A DNA stretch of 64,000 nucleotides from positions 57,722,001 to 57,786,000 of the forward strand of contig NC_043004.1 of assembly GCF_006345805.1 (NCBI RefSeq). Direction: 5' to 3'. The translations under genes and the position numbers were made by a program. Below, piece after piece: positions 11,496-24,399 of this stretch. Position 1 is the stretch's first letter. Each line of letters opens with the position of its first letter. The stretch is from Octopus sinensis. Taxonomy: Eukaryota. Below the pieces are notes generated by a model. It was not told the origin of the DNA and searched no databases. It was given only the letters and a program-made list of their open reading frames with translations.

Positions 11496-11779
11496 TATTT
11501 TGATTTTGTTTCATTCATGATTTCTTTTGTAATCATTTCATCACTCCTCTTCACAACGCATTAATTTCTTCTCTGAAATGTAAGATTTCCTCATATAGAT
11601 GACAATAAATTGGTTAAATGCCAGGCTAAAGTTTTTGTATTATTTGTTTACCTCCGTATATTTTCCGAGTTCAAATACGGCTGTGACCAAATTTGTATTT
11701 CCTTCTTCTGAAGGGCCGATAAAATAATTACCAGTGAAATACTGAGGATAATCCAAATAACTTTAACTATTTTCCAAAA

Positions 11780-12100
11780 TTTCAAACCATATGTCAGTAT
11801 TCGACATCTCTCCTCCTATTACTCAAACCAGTATACCGTGGTTATATTCTAAGTGCTTTACTACGTTCATTGGGTGCATTGCTCTTAGTTCTCTGTTTGT
11901 ACCACCTTCCTCCTCAATTGTACAACTGATACATATAACGTATCTATACGCACTTTATGATATTTGGCACCAAATGCAATAACATTCTGTGTTACACATC
12001 AAGACATTTCAATTAATTTAATTTTCAATCTACTCTATGAGAGCTTCAGGTTATAGCTATCTTTTAAAATTTTACTTTTGACATTTTAATGTTTCTCCAT
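11780..12100 (-). mobile_element. Highly decayed RTE-type RT remnant
   Basis: Minus frame gives TIEEEGGTNRELRA, resembling the segment after YLG in RTE-clade RTs; many indels. Confidence 0.35.
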
Positions 12101-12629
12101 TATGCCCTAGTGTTGTGTCATATCATATTTATCTTCGCCCAATCTACTTGTATAGTTCTGTTCTAACTCTCTAGTGTCGGTGTTTTAATCTCACATAATA
12201 TGTGGATTTTTAATCAATTTTCCATTTTCACGCTGGTGTATGTATTATTAACATTTTTACATCACTACTGAATCCGTGTTAGTTTAATTTTCTATATGTT
12301 CCATTTGGGCGTTTTCTTTGTACATTGTTTTGACACATCTATATAGAGGAAATAAATGTTAGTGATTTGTTTGTAAGCAATGCATTAGTTGGATCCAGCA
12401 AATGTAGATACGGAATCTATATGAAAAATGTCCTCTTTATTGAGTTAGAACTGCATTGAAATTACATCGGTTTATTGTAATCCAGCATTTACCATGAATA
12501 TAATTTTAATTTTCTTCATTCTAAGGGGAAAAAAACCTTATGTGGATTCATTACTATACTGTTTAGAGTTTATATTTACAGTTCATATATGTCTTCACAA
12601 ATCATAGCCAATGTTAATACTTTTATTAC

Positions 12630-12647
12630 TCTATCACCATGATGATG

Positions 12648-12687
<40 letters not shown>

Positions 12688-12707
12688 CAACAACAATAAT
12701 AATAATG

Positions 12708-12744
<37 letters not shown>

Positions 12745-12759
12745 TATCATCATCTTCAA

Positions 12760-12794
<35 letters not shown>
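12630..12794. repeat. (AAT)n/(ATT)n compound microsatellite
   Basis: Direct reading. Confidence 0.95.
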
Positions 12795-13352
12795 TGAGCG
12801 ATAGAGCAGTGCATGCCATCAAAGTGACACTGGGTAAAAATATACGAAACCAAGAATGCCCATCATGACTACACCTCTGAAAAGGATACACTAGGCACAT
12901 GCATCACAACTATATGTGTGCGACATGGTGGTCTCCTATCAAGATAAACAGCACATGACCTTGCAGTTGGGGCCCAGTTATAATGTTCTTCTGGTCGAGT
13001 AACCCATCCCGCTCAAAGGGTCCCTGAATAAGGTTGTTTAAGGATGTTGAACGAAACACCCATGTTTCCAGAGGTGAAATATTCAAACCCCAAAGAATCC
13101 CTCTCAACAAATGGCTATGATGCTCCCCTACCACTTCTGCTCCTGATCGGAGATGCACATATTGTCAGCCACTAAGGGACATGGTCAAATGGTTAAGGTC
13201 AAGCAAATGACAAGCAAATCCGTAGTATTGAGCAAAATATTTGCTGTAGCACATCTTTTATACCAAAATAAAACAACGTACATGATAACACTTCCAATCA
13301 GTTAAGATCAGAAGCCATGATAGTCGCTGCCTGGTATTGCATCATGGCATTT
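12795..13352 (-). mobile_element. Non-coding repeat embedded in (TAA)n, probably the 3' UTR or a derivative of an R4/Dong-like LINE
   Basis: Homologous to 39331-39748; (ATT)n on both flanks; clade assignment is inferred from the target only. Confidence 0.6.
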
Positions 13353-13373
13353 ATTATTATTATTATTATTATT

Positions 13374-13587
13374 ACTCTTTTACTCTTTACTCTTTTACTT
13401 GTTTCTGTCATTTGACTGCGGCCATGCTGGAGCACCACCTTTAGTCGAGCAAATCGACCCCGGGACTTATTCTTTGTAAGTCCAGTACTTATTCTATCGG
13501 TCTCTTTTGCCGAACCGCAAAGTTACGGGGACGTAAACACACCAGCATCGATTGTCAAGCAATGCTAGGGGGACAAACACAGACACA

Positions 13588-13642
<55 letters not shown>

Positions 13643-13817
13643 TATATATATATATAGATATATACGACAGGTTTCTTTCAGTTTCCGTCTACCAAATCCA
13701 CTCACAAGGCATTGGTCGGCCCGGGGCTATAGCAGAAGATACTTGCCCAAGATGCCACGCAGTGGGATTGAAACCAGAACCATGTGGTTGGTTAGCAAGC
13801 TACTTACCACACAGCCT
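13374..13817 (-). mobile_element. SINE family 1
   Basis: Match to the family. Confidence 0.9.
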
Positions 13818-13825
13818 TATTATTA

Positions 13826-13876
<51 letters not shown>

Positions 13877-14094
13877 GATTATTATTATTAGATGAATTTA
13901 TATTTGATTCTGTGAAGTCTTATATTAAAACAGTTTACGAATTTCAGAAAAGTGTTCCCTCTCTAAGTTGTTGGCTTCAGAATCGTATCTAACCTATTTC
14001 AATATTTAAGAACTACGTTGTTCCTCTGTACTCTCTAACTACGATGATGATATCTAGACTCTTAACCAAAACAATAACCAGTATTTGTTTTCAT

Positions 14095-14238
14095 TCTTTT
14101 ACTCTTTTACTTGTTCCAGGCATTTGACTGCGGCAATGCTGGAACATCGCCGCTGTTTGAGAAAATCGATCCCAGGACTTATTCTTTGTAAGCCTAGTAC
14201 TTAGTCTATCAGCCTCTTAGGCTGAACTGCAAAAGTTA
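14095..14238 (-). mobile_element. SINE family 1, 3' fragment
   Basis: Tail only. Confidence 0.75.
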
Positions 14239-14243
14239 TTTTG

Positions 14244-14440
14244 TAACTTTAGTATTTAAACCAGTCAGTCATATCAGGGCAAATATTCTACCGGTATTGT
14301 TTTCTTATAACCTGCCGAATCTGGCCTATCAAACCTACCCTATAATGTCATTGTAAAATGAAGCTACAAAATAATGCATAATTGAACACCATTTGAATAA
14401 ATAAGCATTGCATTTGACTGAATGATCTGAATGCTATGGG
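14244..14440. mobile_element. Degenerate MITE with piggyBac-like termini
   Basis: Imperfect termini CTTTAGTATTT ... GAATGCTATGG; non-coding interior. Confidence 0.4.
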
Positions 14441-14610
14441 CGCAGGAGTGGCTGTGTGGTAAGTAGCTTGTTTACCAACCACATGGTTCCGGGTTCAGTC
14501 CAACTGCGTGGCACCTCGGGCAAGTGTATTCTACTATAAGCCTCGGGCCGACCAAAGCCTTGTGAGTGGATTTGGTAGACGAAAACTGAAAGAAGCCTCT
14601 CGTATATATG

Positions 14611-14641
<31 letters not shown>

Positions 14642-14873
14642 CTGTGTGTGCGTGTATGTTTCTGTTTGTCCCCCTAGCATTGCTCGACAACCGATGCTGG
14701 TGTGTTTATGTCCCCGCCACTTAGCGGTTCGGCAAAGAGACCGATAGAATAAGTACTGGGCTTAGAAAGAATAAGTCCCGGGATCGAGTTGCTCGATTAA
14801 AGGTGGTGCTCCAGCATGGCCGCAGTCAAATGACTGAAACAAGTAAAGAGTAAAGAGTAAAGAGAGTAAAGAG
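14439..14873 (+). mobile_element. SINE family 1, full length
   Basis: Head through GGTGCTCCAGCATGGCCGCAGTCAAATGACTGAAAC and a (GAGTAAA)n tail. Confidence 0.92.
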
Positions 14874-16225
14874 GAGTATGTTTGAATTAAGTAAAACCAA
14901 ATAAGTTGGAAATAATGGTTGAGACAGTTGTTAGAGCATTGTTAAGAATGACCCATGGCATTTGCTCTGATAGTCTACATTCTAAATCTGAATACCGCGA
15001 AAATCAACCTTGACCTTTATAATTTTGGGGATCTTAAAAAATGTGTATGGGGGGGTCGAAACTGAACTACTTGCAGTATTTGTGCCGACTCTTAGCATTT
15101 TCAATTCAAATTTCAAAATATACCGAATTATATCACCGCCTGAATCGTGTAGAGTTTTAGCAGAGGTCACAGTGCTGGATGCATTCAGTCCAGATCTCCA
15201 GTATGAAGATACCTTTCAACCAATATTCCGTCAGTCTCCGAACACCTATAAAGGGTCATGAGAAAAGCCTTTCTTCTTTACTAAAAGGGAAAAAAAACCA
15301 CTAGTTCACTAGCTGCAACTGAAGTAGATTCCTCGTATTAAAAGATTTCTGTAATATCATAATTCTACTAGCTGTCTCAATTCGCGCTAAATACGATAAA
15401 TCTGTATCTTCATAACCTGGTGCATTTAAATGATGCTATTATATGTTCTATTTTAAATACTGTCATATTCTCTATCTAATCTCTAACTGATTCACTTAAC
15501 CTCCAGCTGAAAATATTATAACGGTAATTTATTACTGAAACCACTAGAGTATTGAAATGTATTCCCTTATTTTTGGCATCTAATTCAATTGTAAGTATTA
15601 ATTTAACCTCTCTAAAATATTACTTCCGAACATTTTTTATATATATTTTCTAGTAGTTTTGTAGCTACAGTAGTTATTGTTATTATTATTAATATTATCA
15701 TAATCATCATCCTCCTCGTTATTATTGATTTTCATTCTGGTTATATCATTATTAGATATCAGTAGTAGTAGTAGAAACAGTTATAGTGGTAGCAGCAGCA
15801 GCAGCTACAGAGGCGGTAGTATATTGATGATGATATAGATTATTTTCAAAGTCAATTCCAATTAGCGAAACGTTATAGTAAATTCAATTGACTCCAATAT
15901 CTTAATGGCATACGAATATTTTATCAAAATGTATTATGCCAAAAAACAAAAAAAAAAACAAACAAAAAATGAAAGGAAAAGAATACGCCATCAGCATTTT
16001 CTAAAATTTTCTAGTAACTTACCAGCTGACAAGCCCATATATGCATATATAGGAAGATGTTAATTTAAGGTTGTTATTTTCATGGAAGTGTGGGAAGAAT
16101 AGCTGAATATTCACAGGTGGGAAAACTCAATATTAAAAGTAGAGTCAAAATATCAAGATAATGGCTTTGAATGTGAATTTTACTTTCTTCGGAAGGAATA
16201 GTGAAACTGTCCGCGTGAAATAATG

Positions 16226-16438
16226 ATTTCAAATTTTGGCACAAGGCTAGCAATATTGGGAATGGGGTTAAGTCGATTACACCGACCCCACTGTTCCATT
16301 AGTACTTGTTTTATGGACCCCGCAAGGATGAAAGGCAAAGTCAACCTCAGCAGAATTTGAACTCAGAACGTAGTGACGGACGAAATGCCGCTAAGCATTT
16401 TGCTTCCCAAGCTAATGATTCTGCCAGCTCACTGCCTT
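16226..16438 (-). mobile_element. SINE family 2, alternative tail
   Basis: Match to 39775-39990. Confidence 0.78.
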
Positions 16439-16797
16439 AATTCGGTTGAAATAATTTCAGACGATATTTAACGTTCCATGTACTGTGCAGGATATAACCG
16501 GTTGCAAATATTTGTGTGTAATGGTGTCTTGATCTCATGAGGATACGCACAACACACTGCGTGATGCCGTCATCAAATAAAATATCCCAGAGAATTGGTA
16601 TTAACAAAACCGTAGCCTTTCAAATACGTGTGAATGTATTGCTTTTCTGAAATCTCTTATGACGAATAGCTGTTTTGACTGTTATAACTAGCTAAAAACA
16701 CACTCACAAATATAGACGTATGGAGATTACATAGATGTATGTATGTATGTATGTATGTATGTATGTATGTATGTATGTATGTATGTATGTATGTATG

Positions 16798-17147
16798 TCA
16801 TTGTTCAGTTTCATTTCAAAATTTCTTGCCAATAGAGACAGAACCGGTTTCTAATCTAGGTTCAAGGCTCTTTTATTAGCTTTATGAATGTCTTCTTACG
16901 TATATATTTGCATATCTAGACTTGCTCATATATAATTAAATAATAAACTTCTGGAAAGTTTCACAGATGGACTGAATCTTTAGTCTTCGAATTAGCTTTC
17001 TCCTTTCTAGTTTTGTGATGCCTAATTTCTGAAGCTTGGTATTTACACAGTGTGTTTCATATCCTAGGGCCCCAATAATTAAAGGTATAAATCTAAACTT
17101 GTAACCTGGATATAGTGTAACTTCAGATTTCTCGATATTTCAGCGTA
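16798..17147 (-). mobile_element. 3' fragment of an REL-endonuclease non-LTR retrotransposon (R4/NeSL-like) within (TACA)n
   Basis: Minus frame YAEISRN.../LYPGYKFRFIPLIIGALGYETHCVNTKLQKLG...RRLKIQSICETFQKFII* (PxIIGALG motif of the RLE domain); (ATGT)n on both flanks. Confidence 0.8.
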
Positions 17148-17310
17148 TGTATGTATGTATGTATGTATGTATGTATGTATGTATGTATGGCATTATTCAG
17201 TTTTATTTCAAGATTTCTTGCCAATAGAGAATATTCATTTATTTATTTATGATGCGTTGCTTTTAGTTTCCGTTTACCAATTCCATTCACAAGGTTTTAG
17301 CAGACCTCGC

Positions 17311-17410
17311 NNNNNNNNNNNNNNNNNNNNNNNNNNNNNNNNNNNNNNNNNNNNNNNNNNNNNNNNNNNNNNNNNNNNNNNNNNNNNNNNNNNNNNNNNN
17401 NNNNNNNNNN
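17311..17410. other. Assembly gap (100 N)
   Basis: Run of N. Confidence 1.
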
Positions 17411-17550
17411 AGAGAAGAAGAAGAAGACGAAGAAGACGAAGACGAAGAAGAAGAAGAAGAAGACGAAGAAGAAGAAGAAGAAGAAGAAGAAGAAGACGAA
17501 GAAGAAGAAGAAGAAGAAGAAGTAGAAGAAGAAGAAGAAGGAGAAAGAAG
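17411..17550. repeat. (GAA)n microsatellite
   Basis: Direct reading. Confidence 0.95.
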
Positions 17551-18565
17551 GCGTAGAGGATGAAGCAGAAACAAATACGAAAAAGAAGACATAGAAGAAG
17601 GAAAAAGAAAGAAAGACAGAACGAATAACTAAGTGAATGATCTTAATAAAGAGTTCAAGAAAATGACAGGATAAGAGAATGAGAGAATTGTAGATATAGC
17701 GTTATCAAAAGCAACTTCCGGTAGCAAATATATCAGGGCTTATTAAATATGAAAAAAAATAAACAAAAGAACTTCTATGCAATTATGAAATGTTATCGAT
17801 TTCAGAATCATGTGATGATAGTTCACGTAGTTCTTTTATGTACACGATTTTATATTGTATGTTTTGTAATTAAGTAGATTAATGTTGCTGGTTTTGATCA
17901 TAAGTAAGACCAGTTGTTTCATCGGAGTACTGTTACTTCATAGTCGACATCTATTGCATTTTATATTACGACGGAAAGGAATAAAAAAAAAAGAGTATTC
18001 AAAGTATCTCAGCAAAGTATGGACATCAGTGTTACCTTCACCTCCCACAAAAGAATAGTTTTAAGAATTTGCAAATGTTCAGATTCTGTTGACACACCTT
18101 AAATGTTCTGACTTTGTCATTACGCTCATTAATGAAGCTCTTGAATGGGCTTTTTCTATCCTTTAGAAATAGCAGCCAAATCGCCCACAAATCACGCCCT
18201 ATACCACAAAGGTTTAGAAAAATGTTAGGTCTTTAGAACATTCATAGTAATTCTTGAGCGACTTGAGAAAAAAGGTGTTAATCATAATTATGACTAAGCA
18301 AGCGAAGGAAATAAAGACTACGCATATATGTATGTATGTATGTTTCAAAGTTCCAAATGTGAATTTATCTGTGTTAACTACACCCCAAAGATAGAGTTTT
18401 GTAACTTTGTTGGGGACCGGCCTCCTCCTGAATGAACGATTTATAAAATTAAAAATTAGAAGCCATACATACATACAAAACATACATATACAAATGTGCG
18501 TGTATACACACTCAAGCACACACACCACACCACACACACACATATATATATACATACACACACAA

Positions 18566-18627
<62 letters not shown>

Positions 18628-19021
18628 TATTTAATTATTTATTTATTTATAGTGTACCATTGCTCAAATCTCCTACAACATTCGGAAATCTGTACTAGAC
18701 TCCTATATTAGGACCCTACAATCAGAAGTACAGGAATATAGGTGCCCACCCTTTTGTACAAATTGAAGGTAAATGGAAGCTGGATAATGATGGACATTTA
18801 TTGAGAGTGGCAAAAAAGTAAAATTAATTATTCTAATTTTAATAGCATTAGCTGCTAATAGTACGCTTTATAATAACCATCAATTTATCGAATTTCTTAG
18901 AAATTTCAATACGGGAAACAGTTTGTAACTCTCGATGGCAATGAAATTTTATTGTATCTTATCGTGTACAGCCGTCTGCTGCTTGAAGCTTAAAAACTTC
19001 CTACTTTGCGATCTCTGTATC

Positions 19022-19062
<41 letters not shown>

Positions 19063-19632
19063 CAGATACACACAAACGCACACCAACACAAATATATACA
19101 TACATTCCATTCCATAATGTAGTCTTCCATAATTTTAAAATAATGAATTCGTAGACTTGTTCAATCAAAACGTCTTTAGGGCTAAGGAACAACATCAAAA
19201 TATTAATTTTCACCTCAGATAATTAGCCATAAACCTGCACTGACAGAACATATATGTTTATCTCTCATGAGAGTGATTGTTTATGGAGCGATAAACAAAT
19301 AGTATAGTGAATGATATTAATGAATATTGTATAGTATAAAAATAAATATGACGCTTAGATATATTTGTTTGGTATAATATATGGCAGTAATATGATACTA
19401 CAGGATATGAATGGTTTGATAAATAACCTTGATGATAAAATACTGGTCCCTTGGCTTTTAAAAGATCATAGCATCTAATTAATTATAATTCCGCGCGAGT
19501 TTAGGTGTGGTTTTATGGAAATAAAGAGTTTCCAATTATCTGATCGACTTATTGTCAGACCAGACGAAGAGAAAAATATTTTAGTTACTAATAGTAAAAT
19601 GGTATTAATAACCTTTCTTTAAAGATATGGAT

Positions 19633-19697
19633 ATGGCGGTGCCCCAGCATGGCCACAGCTCATGAGCTGAAACTGGAAAAATCAAAAATCAAAATCA
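19633..19697 (+). mobile_element. Extreme 3' end of a CR1/L2-group LINE (or related SINE)
   Basis: GGCGGTGCCCCAGCATGGCCACAGCTCATGAGCTGAAAC plus an (AAAATC)n tail; related copies at 58921-58979 and 59574-59597. Confidence 0.7.
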
Positions 19698-19796
19698 TTA
19701 CTTTTTAACATTACTATTTGTAATCAGGCTGTTCGGGAAAATTTGGCATTTTGTATTCCCATTACTCATTTTATTTTTGGGAACAGTTTGATATGC

Positions 19797-20185
19797 TCAT
19801 CATCATCATCATTGTCCGACCGTGGTCGAGACAATGGAATTTACCATGCTACGCCAGACTTCACGGTCCACCATGGCATTACGGAGGTCCAGTTGCTGGA
19901 TGCCTGTATCCCTGGAGATTACATCAGGGTAGGAGAGTGTGCGCCCTCTGGTATTGCAGGTAGATGGCTTCCAGAGGAGAACAGTAGAAATTACCTCTTT
20001 TTCAGCTCTACAACAATGTCCAGCAAACTGGACTCTCTTACCTTTCACAAGAGATGACACAGGTGATAGTTTCCCATATATTTGCATTTTGGTTGGATGG
20101 CGCTTCCACGAGAGATTTTGAGCTCTCATAAGGAGGCGAGTGTAGGGTCCATCCAACCGCCTCTCAAGCTTCTCAAGTGAACAGT
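19797..20185 (-). mobile_element. RTE-clade LINE 3' fragment (ORF2 C-terminus)
   Basis: LERRLDGPYTRLLMRAQNLSWKRHPT...QFAGHCCRA...VLLWKP...AMVDREVWR followed by a (TGA)n tail. Confidence 0.88.
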
Positions 20186-20261
20186 CAACAACGTTTGAGT
20201 GCAAAAGAATTGAAGTTGTACTTGAGAAAGAATGGCATGGAGGTTTGGAAACCATCTAAAT

Positions 20262-20848
20262 ATCGGAAAGTGGTTACCCGTATCATAATGACTCACGGCA
20301 TGTATCACAATGCATTCATCATGACTGCTGCCTAATGCTCCGTTAACACTCCAAAGGCTATAAGACCTGACGTGAACATCATAGAAACGAAGTTCATCCA
20401 AAATATGATGGTCTTTGGGTGTGCCTCCAGTTAGGATCGCACGATGGCGCCATCCTAACTTGATGTCTTTGTACAAGGTCTTAGACTCAATTCAGAGTGC
20501 TTCGTGAAGCTACTGGAGACTGTGGTCAATCCCTACTTTGAGATAGTTGTTGCTGGAAGGATATATGTAAGGCAGTAGGTTCGGCACATTGTTATATCTC
20601 TGGGAAAGAATCAGAAATGGTTGTCGGACATTTTTCACAAATTCACCAGCCCCAATTGTAATCGCATTGATTATTATGTATGTGATGTAGTTGAGAAAGA
20701 CACCAACTGTTCTGCCAGCAACATAAGGGCCGAGTTGGTCGCCAAGATCAAGATAATGTGTGAAGATATTCCTAAGGACACAGTGAGGAACGCATGCATC
20801 AGGTTCCAGAGCCGTCTGGAGGGCGTGATGGAAGCTGAGGGCAGCTAA
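20262..20848 (+). mobile_element. Tc1/mariner superfamily (maT/DD37D-like) transposase relic, internally deleted
   Basis: TKFIQNMMVFG...QGLRLNSECFVKLLETVVNP...QKWLSD...SPNCNRIDYYVCDVVE...NACIRFQSRLEGVMEAEG; contains stops and indels. Confidence 0.85.
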
Positions 20849-21016
20849 CTTGAATAAGCTTTAATCTGTCAGCCATAATCTTCTAGATACTTTTTGAATT
20901 TTTAAAATATTTTAATTTTTTGGTGGGATATTATGTTTCTCCCTTTTATGAAAACTCATATTTAACCCAAACAGCTCATTTTCTATCCATCCATCCATCC
21001 ATCCATCCATCCATCC

Positions 21017-21076
<60 letters not shown>

Positions 21077-21355
21077 GTCTGTCTGCCTGTCTGTATGTCT
21101 GTATATAAATATTCTGTAAATAATACTAACATGTTATAAGTTTAAATCTTTTCGGCGATCACCGTGCAATGGCCGAAGAAAACAGTCTAATATTGGAGCA
21201 TATAGGCGCCAATACTAGAATATTTTCTTCTTTATTATTTCTGTAAATAATGATTTTATTATTTTTATTACTTCTGTAAAAATATTCTTCTTTTTCTTCT
21301 TCTTCTTATTATTATTTGCAGAATTCTGAAGAACGACGCTGCTTACCATATATAT

Positions 21356-21701
21356 ACTCTTTTACTTGCTTCAGACTCTTCTGGAGCACCGCCTTTATTC
21401 GAACAAATTGGCTAAAAGGCTATGTGAGCCTAATATTTTTATTGGTCTCCTTTGTCGAAACGCTATGTTAAGGGAAAGTAAACACACCAATACCGGTTGT
21501 CAAGCGATAGCGGGGAAAAAACAGACACACAAGTACATACACATACACAAGCACACACACATAAACAACGGGCTTCTTTCAGTTTCCATGCACCAAATCC
21601 ACCCACAAGGCTTTGGTCGTCCCAAGACAGCTGCACAAGATGCCACGCTGTGGAATTGAACATGGAATCTTGTGTTCCTTACCACACAGCCACTTTTGCG
21701 T
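21356..21701 (-). mobile_element. SINE family 1, diverged
   Basis: Match to the family with deletions. Confidence 0.75.
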
Positions 21702-21837
21702 CTATAAAAAAAGAAAATATACATATATACACGTATGTATATATGTATATATATATATATATATACACACATACATACATATATATATATATATGTATAC
21801 ATATACATAACTATGTATATAGACATGTATATATATA

Positions 21838-22262
21838 TCTTCTCTCTATATATAAACGGCAGTTTGTCTGTCTGTGTGTCTGTCAGGTTGTACCCTCACC
21901 CTGACCATGGCTTTCAACCGATTCTGATGAAACTTGACACACACATAGCCCAATGTCATAATTCAAAACTAACGCAGCGAAAAGTTTGAAAAGTTCCCCC
22001 AGTTCTGAAAAAAATCGATAAATTCGACATGGGGTCGAGAATCTAAGCATTTTATATGCAACACATTTTCTGTCTAGGGGACACAACTCGACCTTTTTAT
22101 CGCCCAAAGGGACAGCTAGGAACATCGTATACACAGAAGTATTCGAGTGAAGGGAAGACATTGCAACCTACACATGCGCCTTCGTTCCCTAGAGGGAAAG
22201 GACTAGATTGGGATTAGTCGTTGCCTGCTATGGGCTCTTACATACCCGGGCTATGCTGCTAG
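21838..22262 (+). mobile_element. Non-autonomous Helitron
   Basis: 5' TC...CTATATATAAA followed by (GTCT)n; CCGATTCTGATGAAACTT; remnant GC-rich subterminal hairpin CCCGGGCTATGC; 3' CTAG; inserted between A and T with no TSD. Confidence 0.8.
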
Positions 22263-22324
22263 TATATATATATATACACACTTCTTCGTCGAATTCTCTT
22301 TTTTCTTCTTTTATCTTCTTTTTA

Positions 22325-22530
22325 TCATTACTATTATTATTATTATTATTGTCATTATTATTATTATTACTATTATGATTATTACTATTATTATTATTGT
22401 TATTATTATTATTATTACTATTATTATTATTACTATTATTATTATTGATATTATTATTATTATTATTATTAGTAGTAGTAGTAGTAATTTTAGTAGTATT
22501 AATTTCAGTAGTAGTAGTAGAACTAGTAGT
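22325..22530. repeat. (ATT)n/(AGT)n microsatellite
   Basis: Direct reading. Confidence 0.95.
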
Positions 22531-23194
22531 GGTGATGGAGGTGGTGGTCTTCGTCGTGTTAGTGATAATATAATTATTTAATAGTTGAACAAGCCTTAGC
22601 TTTGATTTATGTATTCATTCCTTTCTTTTCCTTTTCTAGTTTCAATCCCTATATTGCACGCCGTGTAAGAATCTAACGAAAGGTCGCCATAACCAGATGA
22701 TAGTATTCAGTTTACTTTGGGCTCTCTCTTTGCAAGTTCTATTTCTGAATATTTTTGTACTTGTTCTCTCTCTCTCTCTCCACCTCCCCCTTTATAGGCA
22801 CGTGTGCTTGCATACATATATTTTATATACCATACACCGCTTTTCGGTTCACTTCGCGTTTAAATTTGATGGAATTCTAACCAGTTTTTTTATAAAATAT
22901 TAATAATACACACCTAAGATATTTTAACATTTAAAAATATTTAAAATAACTGAGCAAATAATTTTTTCTTGTGAGTTAAAAGCACCTAAAAATTTGTAAA
23001 TTCCGATCGATTAAGCGTGGACTCATCGAACTCAGTAACTTAAGGAAGATAATGAAATGCGAACACAAACACATAGACGCGCGCACACACAGACAACCAC
23101 GTGCATAGAAATATATGCATAAACATACTATACACATACAGATATATGCACACGTAGTCTCAAACATGTGTAGAATGTGTGTGTGTGGTACTTA

Positions 23195-23211
23195 CATATT
23201 TATATATATAT

Positions 23212-23257
<46 letters not shown>

Positions 23258-23658
23258 TTATATATACTTTAGATAGATAATGTATATATTATATATATAT
23301 GTATATATATATATATTATCTTTAGATAGATAATGTATACATATATATATATATATGTATGTATATATATACTATATATATATGTATAGTATATATATAT
23401 ATATATATGTATATATATGTATATGTATGTATATATATGTATGTATGTATATTTATATATATATGTATATGTATGTATGTATATATATATATATATGTTA
23501 TGTATGTATGTATATATATATATATATATGTATATATATGTATATGTATATATATATATGTATGTATATATATATATGTATATGTATGTATATATATATA
23601 TATATATATATGTATATGTATGTGTATATATATAAATATATATATATATATATACATA
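23195..23658. repeat. Compound (TA)n/(TATG)n tract
   Basis: Direct reading. Confidence 0.95.
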
Positions 23659-24399
23659 CCGACAGACCGATCGATAGAAAGATGTGTGAAGGTGTTTGTG
23701 TTACATTGCGAGTGTATATACGTGTGTAGGTGTTTTCAATCATGCTTATGCACGCTTAAATATACTATTGAGCGTTTGTATACAAAAAAAATTTACAAGT
23801 CGAGCGAGAAGCCGGAAGTGACGCTTCTATTGATTCTAAGTCAACCTATCTACACGACGAACTGCACATCATTATTTTGTTGTTTTATTTTATGAGAGAA
23901 ACAATGGTGATGAGTATGATGATAACGATAATGAGAAAAAACGAAGCAGGTGAGGATGGCCATGGTGTAGTATTTATAATGTTAGGTTACCATCTACTTT
24001 GTACATCTAAAAGTGAGTTTTTTCTTATTTTTATTTCAGTTGTGCATAGTTCTAGAATGTACTAATAGCAGACGTTGTTAAGGAAATTGCAAGAAATTAT
24101 GTTTAAAAAAAAAAATTGTGTTCGCATATGTGTGAGTGGGTGTGTTTCTGCATGTGTGTGTCTGAATAAGCAAGCACACGCGCAAGCAAACACATGTATA
24201 TAAACATGATACAAACATATCAGTCGTTATGCTTCCCGTTTCCTTTACCTTCAATGTGTTTTTCTCCTTTTTTTTTTACCACTGCGATCCTGAAGAAGAG
24301 CTAAATGATGAAACGATCAAGCCACATCTATTTTCATGAGCCTTCATTGAGTTTATAAAATAATAATTATGTCCTTATTTTTTACTTTGTCTTCATTAT

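Noticed and set aside
14982-15261. ORFs on both strands in unique DNA (DSGGDIIRYILKF looked faintly FN3-like)
   Set aside because: No convincing splice-site pair keeps a frame open, and no recognisable domain
24286-24320. CTGAAGA...GAAAC as a functional hammerhead (likewise 37882)
   Set aside because: Stem II or stem I cannot pair; at most decayed remnants
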